From the NCBI GenBank assembly GCA_963700285.1, contig CAVOXA010000010.1, positions 1,216,001 to 1,280,000 of the forward strand: a stretch of DNA of 64,000 nt, given 5' to 3'. How positions within the stretch are numbered: the stretch's first letter is position 1; each line of letters begins with the position of its first letter. The notes below the pieces were generated by a model. That model was not told where the DNA came from. It made no database searches and was given only the letters and a program-made list of their open reading frames with translations. This document shows, piece by piece, positions 1 through 12,776 of this stretch. Source of the stretch: an uncultured Chloroflexia bacterium. Its GTDB lineage: Bacteria; Chloroflexota; Anaerolineae; JAAYZQ01. The translations under genes were made by a program, and so were the position numbers.

Positions 1-2981
<2,981 letters not shown>

Positions 2982-3055
2982 ACAGGATTGGATATTAGGA
3001 ACCAGAGACTGGAGACTTGGAATTACCCACTCCCCAGTGTACAATAGCAACCACC

Positions 3056-4147
3056 ATGGCCTTGCTCGAAGTCACATCCGTCTCAAAAGCATACTCCGGC
3101 ACCGCTGTCCTGCACGACGTGTCCTTTCACGCGGACGAGGGCGAGATCGTCAGTCTGCTTGGCCCCAGCGGCTGTGGCAAGACGACGCTGTTGCGCATCG
3201 TCGCCGGGCTGGAAACTGCCGACAGCGGACAGGTCACCTTTGATGGCCGGGTGATGGACGGTGTGCCGGTCCACCACCGGGACTTTGGCCTGATGTTCCA
3301 GGACTATGCCCTCTTCCCCCACCAGGATGTGGTGGCCAATGTGGCCTTTGGCTTGCGGATGCAGGGCCTGCCCCGGGCACAAGTCGAGGCCCGTGTAGTC
3401 GAGATGCTGGATCTGGTTGGTCTGGCAGGCTACGAAGGCCGCCGCGTTTACGACCTTTCCGGTGGAGAGCAGCAGCGAGTGGCCCTGGCCCGCAGCCTGG
3501 CACCCGGGCCGCGCCTGTTGATGCTTGACGAACCGTTGGGATCCCTCGATCGTGCCCTGCGTGAGGAGCTGATGAACGAGTTGCGCAGTATCCTCAAAGG
3601 CGTGGGCCTGACGGCTGTCTATGTTACCCATGACCAACAGGAGGCCTTTGCCGTTGCCGACCGGGTGATTATCATGCACCAAGGGCGCATCGTCCAGCAG
3701 GGCACCCCCCAGGCCGTCTACCGCCAACCGGCCTCGCCCTGGGTGGCCCGGTTCTTGGGTCTGGGCAACTTGATCCCTGGTTGCGTTGCCGCCCTCGATC
3801 CACCCCGGATAGACACCGTCCTGGGCCCTCTTGCGCTTTGGGAAGCGCAGAACCTGGAGGTCGGCCGGGATGTGACCGTGCTTGTCCGCCCTCAGGCAGC
3901 CCACGTCGCGGAGGCAGACGCCGGTGAGGATGACATCATCCTTGAGGGCCAGGTACACGATTGCTCCTTCCGGGGAGGTTACTGCCGGTTGGTCGTAGAG
4001 CACGAGTCTGGTCTGACCCTGGCTTTTGATCTGCACTCCGACGTGACGCCCCTGCCCCAGCCCGGAGAGATGATCGCCCTGGCCCTGCGTTCAGAGGCCA
4101 TGAGTCTATTGCCGGAAGAGAGGGCCTCGGGAGGAGTTCTGCCGTGA
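3056..4147 (+). CDS. ABC transporter ATP-binding protein (ThiQ/PotA/FbpC type) with C-terminal TOBE domain
   Basis: Walker A GPSGCGKTT, signature LSGGEQQRV, Walker B LMLDEP, H-loop VTHD. Confidence 0.93.
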   Translation: MALLEVTSVSKAYSGTAVLHDVSFHADEGEIVSLLGPSGCGKTTLLRIVAGLETADSGQVTFDGRVMDGVPVHHRDFGLMFQDYALFPHQDVVANVAFGLRMQGLPRAQVEARVVEMLDLVGLAGYEGRRVYDLSGGEQQRVALARSLAPGPRLLMLDEPLGSLDRALREELMNELRSILKGVGLTAVYVTHDQQEAFAVADRVIIMHQGRIVQQGTPQAVYRQPASPWVARFLGLGNLIPGCVAALDPPRIDTVLGPLALWEAQNLEVGRDVTVLVRPQAAHVAEADAGEDDIILEGQVHDCSFRGGYCRLVVEHESGLTLAFDLHSDVTPLPQPGEMIALALRSEAMSLLPEERASGGVLP

Positions 4148-4704
4148 AGGGCCCATTGCCAGCAGGCTCTGGCGACGATCCCATCACAGTGGAGGTGGTC
4201 CGCGATGGTCGCCTGCAGACACGGATCCACTGGGAATGGCACGGAGACCACATTCGCATCCGTGCTCCCCGCCGCATATCACAGCGTGACCTGGACCGCA
4301 ACGTGGCCCAGATTCTGGAGGAGGTCAAGCGCCGCCGCTCCCAGGTCCGCTCCCGGGCGGACGCCGACCTGGAGGCAATGGCGAGGCGCATCAACAGGTC
4401 GTATTTTGATGGCCAGATCGACTGGCACTCTGTCCGGTGGGTGGGCAACATGCGCAAGAGGTTGGGCAGTTGTAGCACCGGCGGCCCCACCGATGGCGAC
4501 ATCCGCATCAGCGACCGCATCAAGGGCTGGCCCCCATGGGTTATAGAGTACGTCGTCGCCCACGAGATGGTCCACCGCAAGCACCCCAACCATAGCAAAG
4601 AGTTCTGGACCTACTTGAGCCGCTACCCCAAGGCCGAGCGGGCTCGGGGCTTTATTCAAGGCGCGGCCTTCCAATTGGAGAAAGATCCTGAGGATTGGCT
4701 GTGA
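4144..4704 (+). CDS. M48/YgjP-like (DUF45) zinc metalloprotease-family protein
   Basis: YVVAHEMVH (HExxH) followed by HPNHSKEFW; RLGSCS motif; overlaps the upstream stop (GTGA). Confidence 0.85.
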   Translation: MKGPLPAGSGDDPITVEVVRDGRLQTRIHWEWHGDHIRIRAPRRISQRDLDRNVAQILEEVKRRRSQVRSRADADLEAMARRINRSYFDGQIDWHSVRWVGNMRKRLGSCSTGGPTDGDIRISDRIKGWPPWVIEYVVAHEMVHRKHPNHSKEFWTYLSRYPKAERARGFIQGAAFQLEKDPEDWL

Positions 4705-4788
4705 TCGCCCTGGCGCTCAGGGCCATTGCTGATGAGGGTCAGGCGAGTCCATAGAATCCTGCCAACGAGAGTTAGGCTCTTTCGCGGA

Positions 4789-7221
4789 TCATCGGGTTGG
4801 CGGGACTTGATAGATCAAGTATCGCTCGGGGATCCAGCCCAATCGTCCCCTGGGATCGATGACCTGGATCCAGGAGTAGCCATCGGCCTCGACCGGCCCG
4901 CCGGCAACGGCCAGCACTGTGCCATCACGCCATGCAGTAATCTTGGTTCCGCCCAAGCCTGGCTCGAGATACATCCACACGCCTTGTCCTCCCGTGCCGC
5001 CGACCCAGGCCGGGGCCGGCGTGGCGGTGGGCGTGGCTGTGGCTGTAGGCGTGGCCGTAAAGGTGGGGGTGGGGCTGTTGGTGTGTGTGGGCGTGGCGGT
5101 AGGGGTGACTGAGGGTGTTGGGCTTGGGGTCCAGGTAGACGTGAAGGTTGGGGTGGGAGTGGCGGTCTCTGTCACTCCCGGCAGTGGCGTCGCGGTGTGG
5201 GTAGGGCTTGGCGTGGCGGTCGGGGTGGCAGAGGGAGTAGGCGGTGCCAGTGCGTGTAGGTGCGTAGTCGGGATCACGGATAGTTGCAGCTCGACGGTCC
5301 TGCCCAGGCGGCTGGCCAATCCCTCCTGTAGCTCGACGACCTCCCGGTATGAGATGGCCCACGGTGAGCGCAGCCACAAATGCAGGCGGACAGTCTCGTC
5401 ATCGCTGTCCAACTGTTGCCAATTATCCAGCTCCACGCGGCCCAGGCGTTCCACGCCATCAAGGTTCATGGTCGTCACCTCCGCCTGAATCGCTTGGCTT
5501 AGTTCTTCATGAAAAATGGATCCACGTACTACCTGGCTGGAGAGGAGGGCCAGGGGGATCGTTACGGCTACCAGCAACAAGATCGTTCCAAGCATTCCTC
5601 CCCGAAAGATCATGGCCCGGGCCTGCCGGCCGGGAATGGGCCGGAAGCCCAGCCACAAGAAGACCATACCTCCTGCTGCGGCGATGGCCACCAGGTTGGT
5701 TAGGAATAGCAGCATCGCTCCGCTGGCAATCTTTTCCCCGCCGACGGTGGCCTGCCATAATGCTTCGCTGCCGATGCGGATCCCGGTGATCTGTACCAGC
5801 CACAGCCCCAGGCCGATGCCCACAGTTGCCAGGGGAGGCACCAAGGCCGCGGCGATAGCCACTCCCGGCAGCGAGGCCGATACTTCTTTGCGACACAGGG
5901 CGTACGCACCCGCGGCCCCTGAGGCCAGGGCCACGCCCAGGTCCAGCAAGTTGGGCTGTATGCGGCCCAGAATCTCGCTGGAAAGGTTGGCCCTCGGTAC
6001 CAGCATCCCATACAGAATGCCTGCCAGAAGGCCGATAACGATGGCCAGCAGCATCCCCTGCAGGGTCGCGGTAGCTGATCTCTTTAACATGCGCAGGTCT
6101 CCCCGCACCACCCCCAGGCTCAGCCCAAAGATAGTGGCCATCAGCGGGGCAACGAGCATCGCACCGATGATCACCGCCGGGCTGTTCAGCAGCAGGCCAA
6201 AGGAAGCGATGGCTGACGAAAGCGCCATCATTACAAAGAAATCGGCATCAGGCTGCGCTCCATCCCGGAGCGCCTTGTAGATCCCCGTCTGCTCGTGAAG
6301 GTCCAGCTTGGGCAGGATGTCAAAGATCCGCCACCCTGCCCGGCGCAGCCATTTGCCCATGCGCAAGCGGGGGGTTCGTCGCCTGACGATGATGGCTGGC
6401 GCGGGGCTGCGGGCCGCCACTGTTTGAGGAATATTGCCAAAAAGTACCCTGTCCACATAGCTTTCATGGCTGGCCCCAACCATCACCAGATCGTAGCCTT
6501 TGGCTGCCTCAGTCAGGATTCCCTTGATGGGCGTGGAAGATTGGACTACTTTGCCCTGGACCCGGGGCTCATCAATCCAAGGCTCCAGGATGTCCTCCAG
6601 TCGCTGCCTGCTCAGCGATAGGGCAACTTCCCCCTGGACATCGCGGGCCACGTTTATCGCCGTGACCTGTACCTGGGGGGAGAGGCAGAGAGCCAGGTCG
6701 ATGGCCATCGCCGCGTTGGGGCCGCCGCCCACCGGTACCAGGACGCGTTCAAAGGCCCCGGACGAATCCTCCAACGAGTGCTGGCCCCCCTCGGCTCGAA
6801 CCACAGCCACGTCACAAGGCGCATACTGGACAACCGGATCCAAGGTCCGGCCCAGCAGGTATCGCCCCCGCCCCCGGGCCCCGCGCCAGCCCAGCAGGAT
6901 CAGGTCAGGAAGAAGCTCGCGCGCCGCAGCCAGGATCTCGGTACCCGGGTCGCGCCCGGTCCGGACGAGGACATCCAGAGGGATGCCAGCGCATTGCTCT
7001 GGCGGTAAGAATCCCGCGGGTTGTTCTGTTTCGACTGATGTCTCTGGCTTGGCCCCGAGCCAGCTCGGGTGTTGCCCGTTCGTCGTCACGCTCAGGATCG
7101 TCACCCGGCCGCCACGGACCCCGGCCAACGCACAGCCTATCTCCAGCAGTGGGTGCAGTTGGTTCTCCGCACCCACTGCGGCCAGGATATGGTACCCGTT
7201 GTCTGTCTGATCTCGTGCCAT
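4789..7221 (-). CDS. Tandem USP domains + DUF389 membrane domain + PT linker + C-terminal SH3b-like domain
   Basis: USP motifs ([25 protein letters not shown]; [14 protein letters not shown]); DUF389 motifs [16 protein letters not shown] and [14 protein letters not shown]; PT repeats; WIQV...GWIPERYL. Confidence 0.85.
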   Translation of the reverse strand: MARDQTDNGYHILAAVGAENQLHPLLEIGCALAGVRGGRVTILSVTTNGQHPSWLGAKPETSVETEQPAGFLPPEQCAGIPLDVLVRTGRDPGTEILAAARELLPDLILLGWRGARGRGRYLLGRTLDPVVQYAPCDVAVVRAEGGQHSLEDSSGAFERVLVPVGGGPNAAMAIDLALCLSPQVQVTAINVARDVQGEVALSLSRQRLEDILEPWIDEPRVQGKVVQSSTPIKGILTEAAKGYDLVMVGASHESYVDRVLFGNIPQTVAARSPAPAIIVRRRTPRLRMGKWLRRAGWRIFDILPKLDLHEQTGIYKALRDGAQPDADFFVMMALSSAIASFGLLLNSPAVIIGAMLVAPLMATIFGLSLGVVRGDLRMLKRSATATLQGMLLAIVIGLLAGILYGMLVPRANLSSEILGRIQPNLLDLGVALASGAAGAYALCRKEVSASLPGVAIAAALVPPLATVGIGLGLWLVQITGIRIGSEALWQATVGGEKIASGAMLLFLTNLVAIAAAGGMVFLWLGFRPIPGRQARAMIFRGGMLGTILLLVAVTIPLALLSSQVVRGSIFHEELSQAIQAEVTTMNLDGVERLGRVELDNWQQLDSDDETVRLHLWLRSPWAISYREVVELQEGLASRLGRTVELQLSVIPTTHLHALAPPTPSATPTATPSPTHTATPLPGVTETATPTPTFTSTWTPSPTPSVTPTATPTHTNSPTPTFTATPTATATPTATPAPAWVGGTGGQGVWMYLEPGLGGTKITAWRDGTVLAVAGGPVEADGYSWIQVIDPRGRLGWIPERYLIYQVPPTR

Positions 7222-7232
7222 TTAGAGTTTGC

Positions 7233-7658
7233 TCAGAGGATATAGCTCTTGATGCCCGTGTCCTCTTCGATCCGTGCCGTCAGATCCTCCAGATCCGTCA
7301 TGGTGAAAGAGCTGTCGGGGCCCACTGGCCGGCCAAAGGCGATGGCGTCGGCCCCTTCGTCACGGGCAGCAGATTCCAGTGCCTCGATCAGAGGACCGTG
7401 GCGCAAAACACCTTGGGCCTGAACATCTTTGGCGGCTGCTCGTTCGCAGGCCAAGGCCAGGAGGAATTCCCCCATATGCTCCATCTCTGTGATCACCACG
7501 TCAGGGCGCACTCCTCGGGCCGTCAGCCTGAGGAACTCTACGTCCACGATGTAGAGAAAGAGAATGCTGGCCCCAGCTTTTTTGGCCATGGCAATGACCT
7601 CGTCCTGGGTCCTAGTACTTGCCTCGCCACCCCGAGTGGCACACAAGATCTTTTTCAT
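7233..7658 (-). CDS. Universal stress protein
   Basis: MKKILCATRGGEAS..., ILFLYIVD, ADAIAFG; ~140 aa. Confidence 0.85.
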   Translation of the reverse strand: MKKILCATRGGEASTRTQDEVIAMAKKAGASILFLYIVDVEFLRLTARGVRPDVVITEMEHMGEFLLALACERAAAKDVQAQGVLRHGPLIEALESAARDEGADAIAFGRPVGPDSSFTMTDLEDLTARIEEDTGIKSYIL

Positions 7659-7740
7659 GATACGCTCCCAAACGAGGCACAAGCCTCAAAGATTAGAGCA
7701 CATTCCCCGATATTCCAATCTCCAATCTCCCTGTCCCTGG

Positions 7741-9480
7741 TCAAAAGCGAATGAACAACCAAATCGTACCAATGGTCACGGTGATCAGCATGATTGGTAG
7801 CCCAACCTTCAACCAGCTCATGTAGGATATCTTGTAGCCAGCTCGCTCAGAGATACCAGCAGTAACCAGGTTCGGTGAGGAGCCGATCAGTGTACTGTTG
7901 CCGCCCATGGCCGAGCCGATGGACAATCCGTACCACAGCACGTTGTTGCCAGCGCCGGGTATGGTGAGACTCAGGTAATCGATTACAGGCAACATGGTTG
8001 CTGTGAATGGGATGTTGTCGATCACTCCTGACAACAAGGCCGCCGACCAGACCACGACCAGCGTGGCCAGCGTCAGGTTGCTACCCACCAGGTTGCTGAT
8101 GCCCGTGGCGATAAGGCTGATCAGTCCCACCTCCTGTAGTGCGCCAACAGAGATAAACAGTGCGATGAAAAACACCAACGTCGTCCAATCCACAACCTTG
8201 AGCATCTCTTCGACGTCGGGAGTCACCAAGATGAGCATGGCCACCGCGCCCAAGATGGCCGTCACAGCAGGGTCCAGGCCAATGGCATCGCCGGCGACAA
8301 ACAGCACCAGCATCGCGCCAAAGATGATCCCCGCTTTGCGCAATCGATTCGGCTGGGTGATACGCCCAGCCTCCTTCAGCCGCTCGCGCATGGCCTCAGA
8401 AAGCCGGCTGCCTGCTTCCCTGTACGCCTTGCGATAGCGCAGAACCACATACAGGGTGAGTGCGATCAGGGCGGCCACCACGCCGGGAGTCAGATTGACG
8501 AGGAAATCGTTAAAGCCCAGCCCTGCGTAGGCGCCGATAAGGATGTTCGTTGGCGTACCGATCAGGGTACTAATGCCTCCGACGTTGGAGGCCAGCGCTT
8601 CGGGGATAAGCAATGCCAGGGGATTGAGCCCCACCGTGAGGGCAATCTGGATGGTGATGGGCGCCATGAGCAGCATGGTGGTTACATTGTCCAGCAGCGC
8701 CGAGGCTATGGAGGTTATGGCCATCAAGATGGTGACCAGAAGCCACAGCCTGCCCGCCGACAGGCGGTAGGCCTGGTAGGCCATCCACTGAAAGATGCCG
8801 GTCTCTTCGATCACGGCTATGACGATCATCATGCCCATCACCAAAAAGATTACGTCAAAGTCCACGTACGACAGCGCCTGTTCGAAGGAAAAGATATAGA
8901 AACTGGGGTTGAAAGCGCCGCCAATCAGGCTGATGCCCAGCACCATGGCCACTCCCAGGAGCGCCGCCGTGGTTTTGTGCAGTTTCTCCAGGGCAATGAG
9001 GACCAGGACCAGGACAAAGGAGAAGGTTGCTACCCAAAAGCCAATAGAAAAGGCTCTCTCCATTTGGATGTCGTCCAGGCGGACAGAGCCGCCGATATTG
9101 AGCTGAGCGATCTCTTCCGGTGGAAGGTGTATCTCTGTGGTCTTGTAGTGAGGCCGAGTGATTTCGACGATCACGCTTTGATAGCCAGCCTGAGGCAGGT
9201 CTAGCAAAAAGCTACCATCCTCCTGGCTGGAGGTCTTGGCTGCAGGTTCATGAGCCCCGTTTACCAGGGCCGCTATCTCGGCCTCGTAGACTGCTTCGCC
9301 TAGTGGATCCACCAGCCGGCCAGACACGCTCGCGCCGTCTGGATCAGACTCGACCTTGGCTTCTGCCCGAATCAGGGGGGGGAGATAATCAGTACACAAG
9401 AACAGCCCCAGAACCAGGACCAGAAGGACCAGAATCAGCCGGCGCAAGCCTCTTGCCTGCCTTGCCAATCGCTTGAACAT
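7741..9480 (-). CDS. ArsB/NhaD (ion transporter superfamily, SLC13-like) permease with N-terminal carboxypeptidase-regulatory-like domain
   Basis: SALLDNVTT, SNVGGISTLIGTPTNILI, SGVIDNIPF and GGNSTLIGSSPNLV motifs; N-terminal VSGRLVDPLGEAV...DGSFLL beta domain. Confidence 0.88.
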   Translation of the reverse strand: MFKRLARQARGLRRLILVLLVLVLGLFLCTDYLPPLIRAEAKVESDPDGASVSGRLVDPLGEAVYEAEIAALVNGAHEPAAKTSSQEDGSFLLDLPQAGYQSVIVEITRPHYKTTEIHLPPEEIAQLNIGGSVRLDDIQMERAFSIGFWVATFSFVLVLVLIALEKLHKTTAALLGVAMVLGISLIGGAFNPSFYIFSFEQALSYVDFDVIFLVMGMMIVIAVIEETGIFQWMAYQAYRLSAGRLWLLVTILMAITSIASALLDNVTTMLLMAPITIQIALTVGLNPLALLIPEALASNVGGISTLIGTPTNILIGAYAGLGFNDFLVNLTPGVVAALIALTLYVVLRYRKAYREAGSRLSEAMRERLKEAGRITQPNRLRKAGIIFGAMLVLFVAGDAIGLDPAVTAILGAVAMLILVTPDVEEMLKVVDWTTLVFFIALFISVGALQEVGLISLIATGISNLVGSNLTLATLVVVWSAALLSGVIDNIPFTATMLPVIDYLSLTIPGAGNNVLWYGLSIGSAMGGNSTLIGSSPNLVTAGISERAGYKISYMSWLKVGLPIMLITVTIGTIWLFIRF

Positions 9481-9571
9481 CAATACCTCTGCTTTCAGAA
9501 GAACCCAGTGCAAGAGAATACGGACTTTGACGCCCACTTCTGGCTTCCTGGTCGATATTCGATCTCCGCCA

Positions 9572-9637
9572 CTATAGGTCTATGATGAGAACCCCAGCGC
9601 GCAAGATGGCTAGGCCATACAGCTTGCGTTGCTTCAT
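9572..9637 (-). CDS. Candidate 21-aa leader/small peptide MKQRKLYGLAILRAGVLIIDL
   Basis: AGGAGG SD just upstream of ATG and a sigma70-like promoter upstream; lies in the transporter 5' leader; not in the ORF track. Confidence 0.45.
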   Translation of the reverse strand: MKQRKLYGLAILRAGVLIIDL

Positions 9638-9675
9638 AGAGTGCCTCCTGGCAACTCATTCAGCCTGCGCGGGCC

Positions 9676-9704
9676 AGTATACCCCAACAGACTGATCTGG
9701 GCAA
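9676..9704 (-). promoter_or_regulatory. Sigma70-type promoter for the transporter/USP operon
   Basis: TTGCCC-17 nt-TATACT on the minus strand. Confidence 0.55.
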
Positions 9705-9855
9705 TGCGGCGCTGTCCATTGTATCATAGTTCGACTACCGGTCCAAGCATTGGATCTGACCGCAAATCCATGGTTCTTACCCCATGGCGCCAAGACCGCA
9801 GTTCCGTTTCGGCCGAAAGTGGTGAACTTCTGATCCAGTCCGTCCAATCTACCAC

Positions 9856-9884
9856 TTGCGATTTCTCACGCTTTCTGGTAAAAT
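9856..9884 (+). promoter_or_regulatory. Sigma70-type promoter for the VanW gene
   Basis: TTGCGA-17 nt-TAAAAT with TG extension. Confidence 0.5.
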
Positions 9885-10014
9885 ACAAGGCGAAGCGAGG
9901 ATTTTGGGGGTACCGGCTTACATACACCAGCCAGGTTTTCCTCCAAAATGCCGAGTAAGAATCCAAGACTGTTCGGTGACTTGCGACATCTAGAAAGAGA
10001 TGTGACGACGAGAG

Positions 10015-11973
10015 ATGGAACAGCAATCTGGATGGGCCGGGCAGCGCCCGGCAACTGAGCCGCAGGTAGAAGATCGATCCCCCCAGTCAGTCTCCTGGGC
10101 CCCGTTGCCGCGGCCACCTTCCTGGTACGCCAGACCAAAGAATGGTGTTGCTTGGGAGCTGACCTTTGCCCTGCTGCTCGTAGCGGTCCTCATCAGTGTG
10201 ATAGCTGGTTTGTTCATGTTAGAGTTGTGGTGGGCTGACCGGATAGTGCCTGGCGTCCGTGTCCTGGATGTGGATCTGGGCGGGTTGACCCGTGACCAGG
10301 CAAGGGAGCGCTTGGCAACCAGCTTCTACTATCCGCCTGACCGGATCCCGACCCTCCGCTATGGCAACCTGTCCTGGTCTGTAGATCCGGCGGAGCTGGG
10401 CGTCCAACTGGACGTCAATACAACGGCGGATGCTGCCCTGGCCGTGGGCCATCGTGGCGATCTGACGATGCACTTTCGGGAGCAGATCGAGATCCTGCGC
10501 AACGGACACGATGTGGACCCTGTCCTTTCCGCAGCTCCTGGTGCTGGGGCCATGTTCCTCAGCCGCATTGCCCGGGAGATCAACCATCCGTCTCGGAATG
10601 CGACCCTCCAGATGGACGACGCTCTGAGGGTGGAGGTCATTCCCGCTCAAATGGGGCGTGAAGTCGATGAGGCCACCACGCAGCAGGCCCTGGTCCAGCG
10701 CGTCATCGATATGGAGGGCGGCGATGTGGAGTTGGTCATCCACGAGAGCCAGCCCCTGCTGACAGATCTGATCGCTACCGAGGACAAGGTAAATCTTATC
10801 CTCAGCGAGCCTCTTATCCTGACGGCGCCCGAGTTCGAGCCGTGGACCATCGAGCCGGAGGATCTGGCCGACTGGCTGATCTTTCAGCCCTCGGTCGACC
10901 AAGAGGGGCAGGCTACTCTGGAGGTCAGCCTGGATCTCGGGCCGGCTTTTTCCCTTGTAGAGGAGATTGCCGCCCAGGTAGCGCGCAATCCCAAGGACGC
11001 CCGTTTCCGCTACGATGTGGCCAACGACCGGGTGACCCCCGTCGTCCAGAGTATCGTCGGCCAGACGTTGGATGTTACGACGACCGTGTCCCTGATCGAG
11101 CGTGCTGCCACCAGTGAGCAGCGCGTCGTTCCCCTTCCACTGGTGGCCATTCCACCGTCGATTGCCACCACAGATGTACCCGATGTGGCCAGCTTTGATC
11201 TGATCGGTGAAGGGACAAGCAACTTTGCCGGGTCAACGGCGGCGAGGATTCAAAACATCGGCGTCGGAGCTGCCCAGTTCGATGGGGTGCTCGTCGCCCC
11301 GGGCCAGACTTTTTCCTTCAATCGCTATCTTGGTGAAGTGAGTGCCGAGAAGGGCTATGCGGAGAGCATTATCATCTGGGGCAACGAGACCCGGACAGAC
11401 GTTGGCGGGGGTCTATGCCAGGTATCGTCCACCGCCTTCCGGGCCGCCTTTTGGGCCGGTGTACCCATTACAGAACGTACGCCCCACCTGTTTCGTGTAA
11501 GCTACTACGAGCCGCCCAGGGGTATGGATGCTACTATCTACTCGCCCTACACCGACTTCAAGTGGGTCAATGACACAGAAGAGTTTATCCTCATCCGGAC
11601 TTTTATGGACAACGCCAACAAGAATCTGACCTTCCGTTTCTTTGGCGCGGACTCGGGTCGTACCGTCGAGATGGATGGCCCCCACGAGAGCCGGATCATA
11701 AAACCGCCCCCGCCGCTCAATCGACCCACCTCGACGCTGTTCCAGGGCCAGAAGAGGCAGATCGAGTGGGGCAAAGACGGCATGGACGTGACGGTCTATC
11801 GCACTGTCAAGGAGAACGGCAAGGAGGTGCGGCAGGACGAGTTCTTTAGCCGCTACAAACCCTGGCAGGCGGTTTACCTGGTGGGGACAAAGGAAGTGCC
11901 AACCCCGGTTCCGACTCCGGCGCTACCCCCAGAGCCCACACCAGAGCCCACTGAAGCGTCCACAGGGGGATAG
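10015..11973 (+). CDS. VanW family protein with peptidoglycan-binding (PG_binding_4-like) repeats and a G5-like C-terminus
   Basis: N-terminal TM; VDLGGLTRDQA; PGQTFSFN, GGGLCQVSSTAFRAA and GMDATIY motifs; C-terminal PT/PE tail. Confidence 0.9.
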   Translation: MEQQSGWAGQRPATEPQVEDRSPQSVSWAPLPRPPSWYARPKNGVAWELTFALLLVAVLISVIAGLFMLELWWADRIVPGVRVLDVDLGGLTRDQARERLATSFYYPPDRIPTLRYGNLSWSVDPAELGVQLDVNTTADAALAVGHRGDLTMHFREQIEILRNGHDVDPVLSAAPGAGAMFLSRIAREINHPSRNATLQMDDALRVEVIPAQMGREVDEATTQQALVQRVIDMEGGDVELVIHESQPLLTDLIATEDKVNLILSEPLILTAPEFEPWTIEPEDLADWLIFQPSVDQEGQATLEVSLDLGPAFSLVEEIAAQVARNPKDARFRYDVANDRVTPVVQSIVGQTLDVTTTVSLIERAATSEQRVVPLPLVAIPPSIATTDVPDVASFDLIGEGTSNFAGSTAARIQNIGVGAAQFDGVLVAPGQTFSFNRYLGEVSAEKGYAESIIIWGNETRTDVGGGLCQVSSTAFRAAFWAGVPITERTPHLFRVSYYEPPRGMDATIYSPYTDFKWVNDTEEFILIRTFMDNANKNLTFRFFGADSGRTVEMDGPHESRIIKPPPPLNRPTSTLFQGQKRQIEWGKDGMDVTVYRTVKENGKEVRQDEFFSRYKPWQAVYLVGTKEVPTPVPTPALPPEPTPEPTEASTGG

Positions 11974-11990
11974 GATCCCAGAACACAGCC

Positions 11991-12026
11991 AGAGCGCCTT
12001 GCTTGAGATGAGCAAGGCGCTCTTTT
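11991..12026 (+). terminator. Rho-independent terminator
   Basis: AGAGCGCCTTGCT-7 nt-AGCAAGGCGCTCT perfect 13-bp stem followed by TTT. Confidence 0.8.
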
Positions 12027-12137
12027 GTCACCAACAAGGCCATCGATTGTCGCGTGACCCCGATCTCTCGCCCTACCTGTCCCGAGTTTATCCCAGGCCC
12101 GCGAGGGACCTGCGGGGCAAAGTGATGTCAAAGGAGC

Positions 12138-12725
12138 CTATTGCGCGACTTGCAGGCTCCGGCGCCGCACCACGAGACCCGCAGCCAGGAGCGCTGCCCC
12201 GATTAGGAACAAGCCGCCGATGATGATCGGTGTTGGCAGGTCAATGCCCGTGCCGGGGGGCAGGCCTTCGTAGCAGCCGGGGTTGTCCGGGTCAATGGGG
12301 CAGGTCCCGTCCTGATGCAACAGGCGGACGCGGTACTTCCAATTGCCCTCCTCGCTCTCCAGACAATCGCAGCACATCTGGTACACGATCTCAGTCTGCC
12401 CATTGTCCTGCCAATCTACTTCCACTGCCAGGGCGGGACATACGTTCTGCTCGACATCGGCTTCTGCGAGCAGGCATGCATCGTCTTGGCCACAGCAATC
12501 CGTGCAGTCGCTATGCTCCAGGATGATGGGCTGGCAGCCGGTGCCGGCCCGGTTGAGATCTTCCAAGGAACGGTTGATGATCACGTAGAAAGGTGGCGCC
12601 TCGGGGATGCAATCCTTGGACATCTCTGGGTCATCGGGGCATGGACCGCTGGCCTGTACGGTCAATGGTATGAGTAACAGAACAAGCACCAGGACCAACG
12701 CTGAGATCCTCAATGTGGAACGCAT
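12138..12725 (-). CDS. Secreted cysteine-rich protein with C-terminal sorting-signal-like anchor
   Basis: Signal peptide (VQA/SG); 13 Cys; LPPGTG + TM helix + RRR tail; AAGGAGG SD. Confidence 0.75.
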   Translation of the reverse strand: MRSTLRISALVLVLVLLLIPLTVQASGPCPDDPEMSKDCIPEAPPFYVIINRSLEDLNRAGTGCQPIILEHSDCTDCCGQDDACLLAEADVEQNVCPALAVEVDWQDNGQTEIVYQMCCDCLESEEGNWKYRVRLLHQDGTCPIDPDNPGCYEGLPPGTGIDLPTPIIIGGLFLIGAALLAAGLVVRRRSLQVAQ

Positions 12726-12776
12726 CGGATTACCTCCTTGTTCGGGATGCCTGGCCCCTGCACAAGGCCGTTCTCC

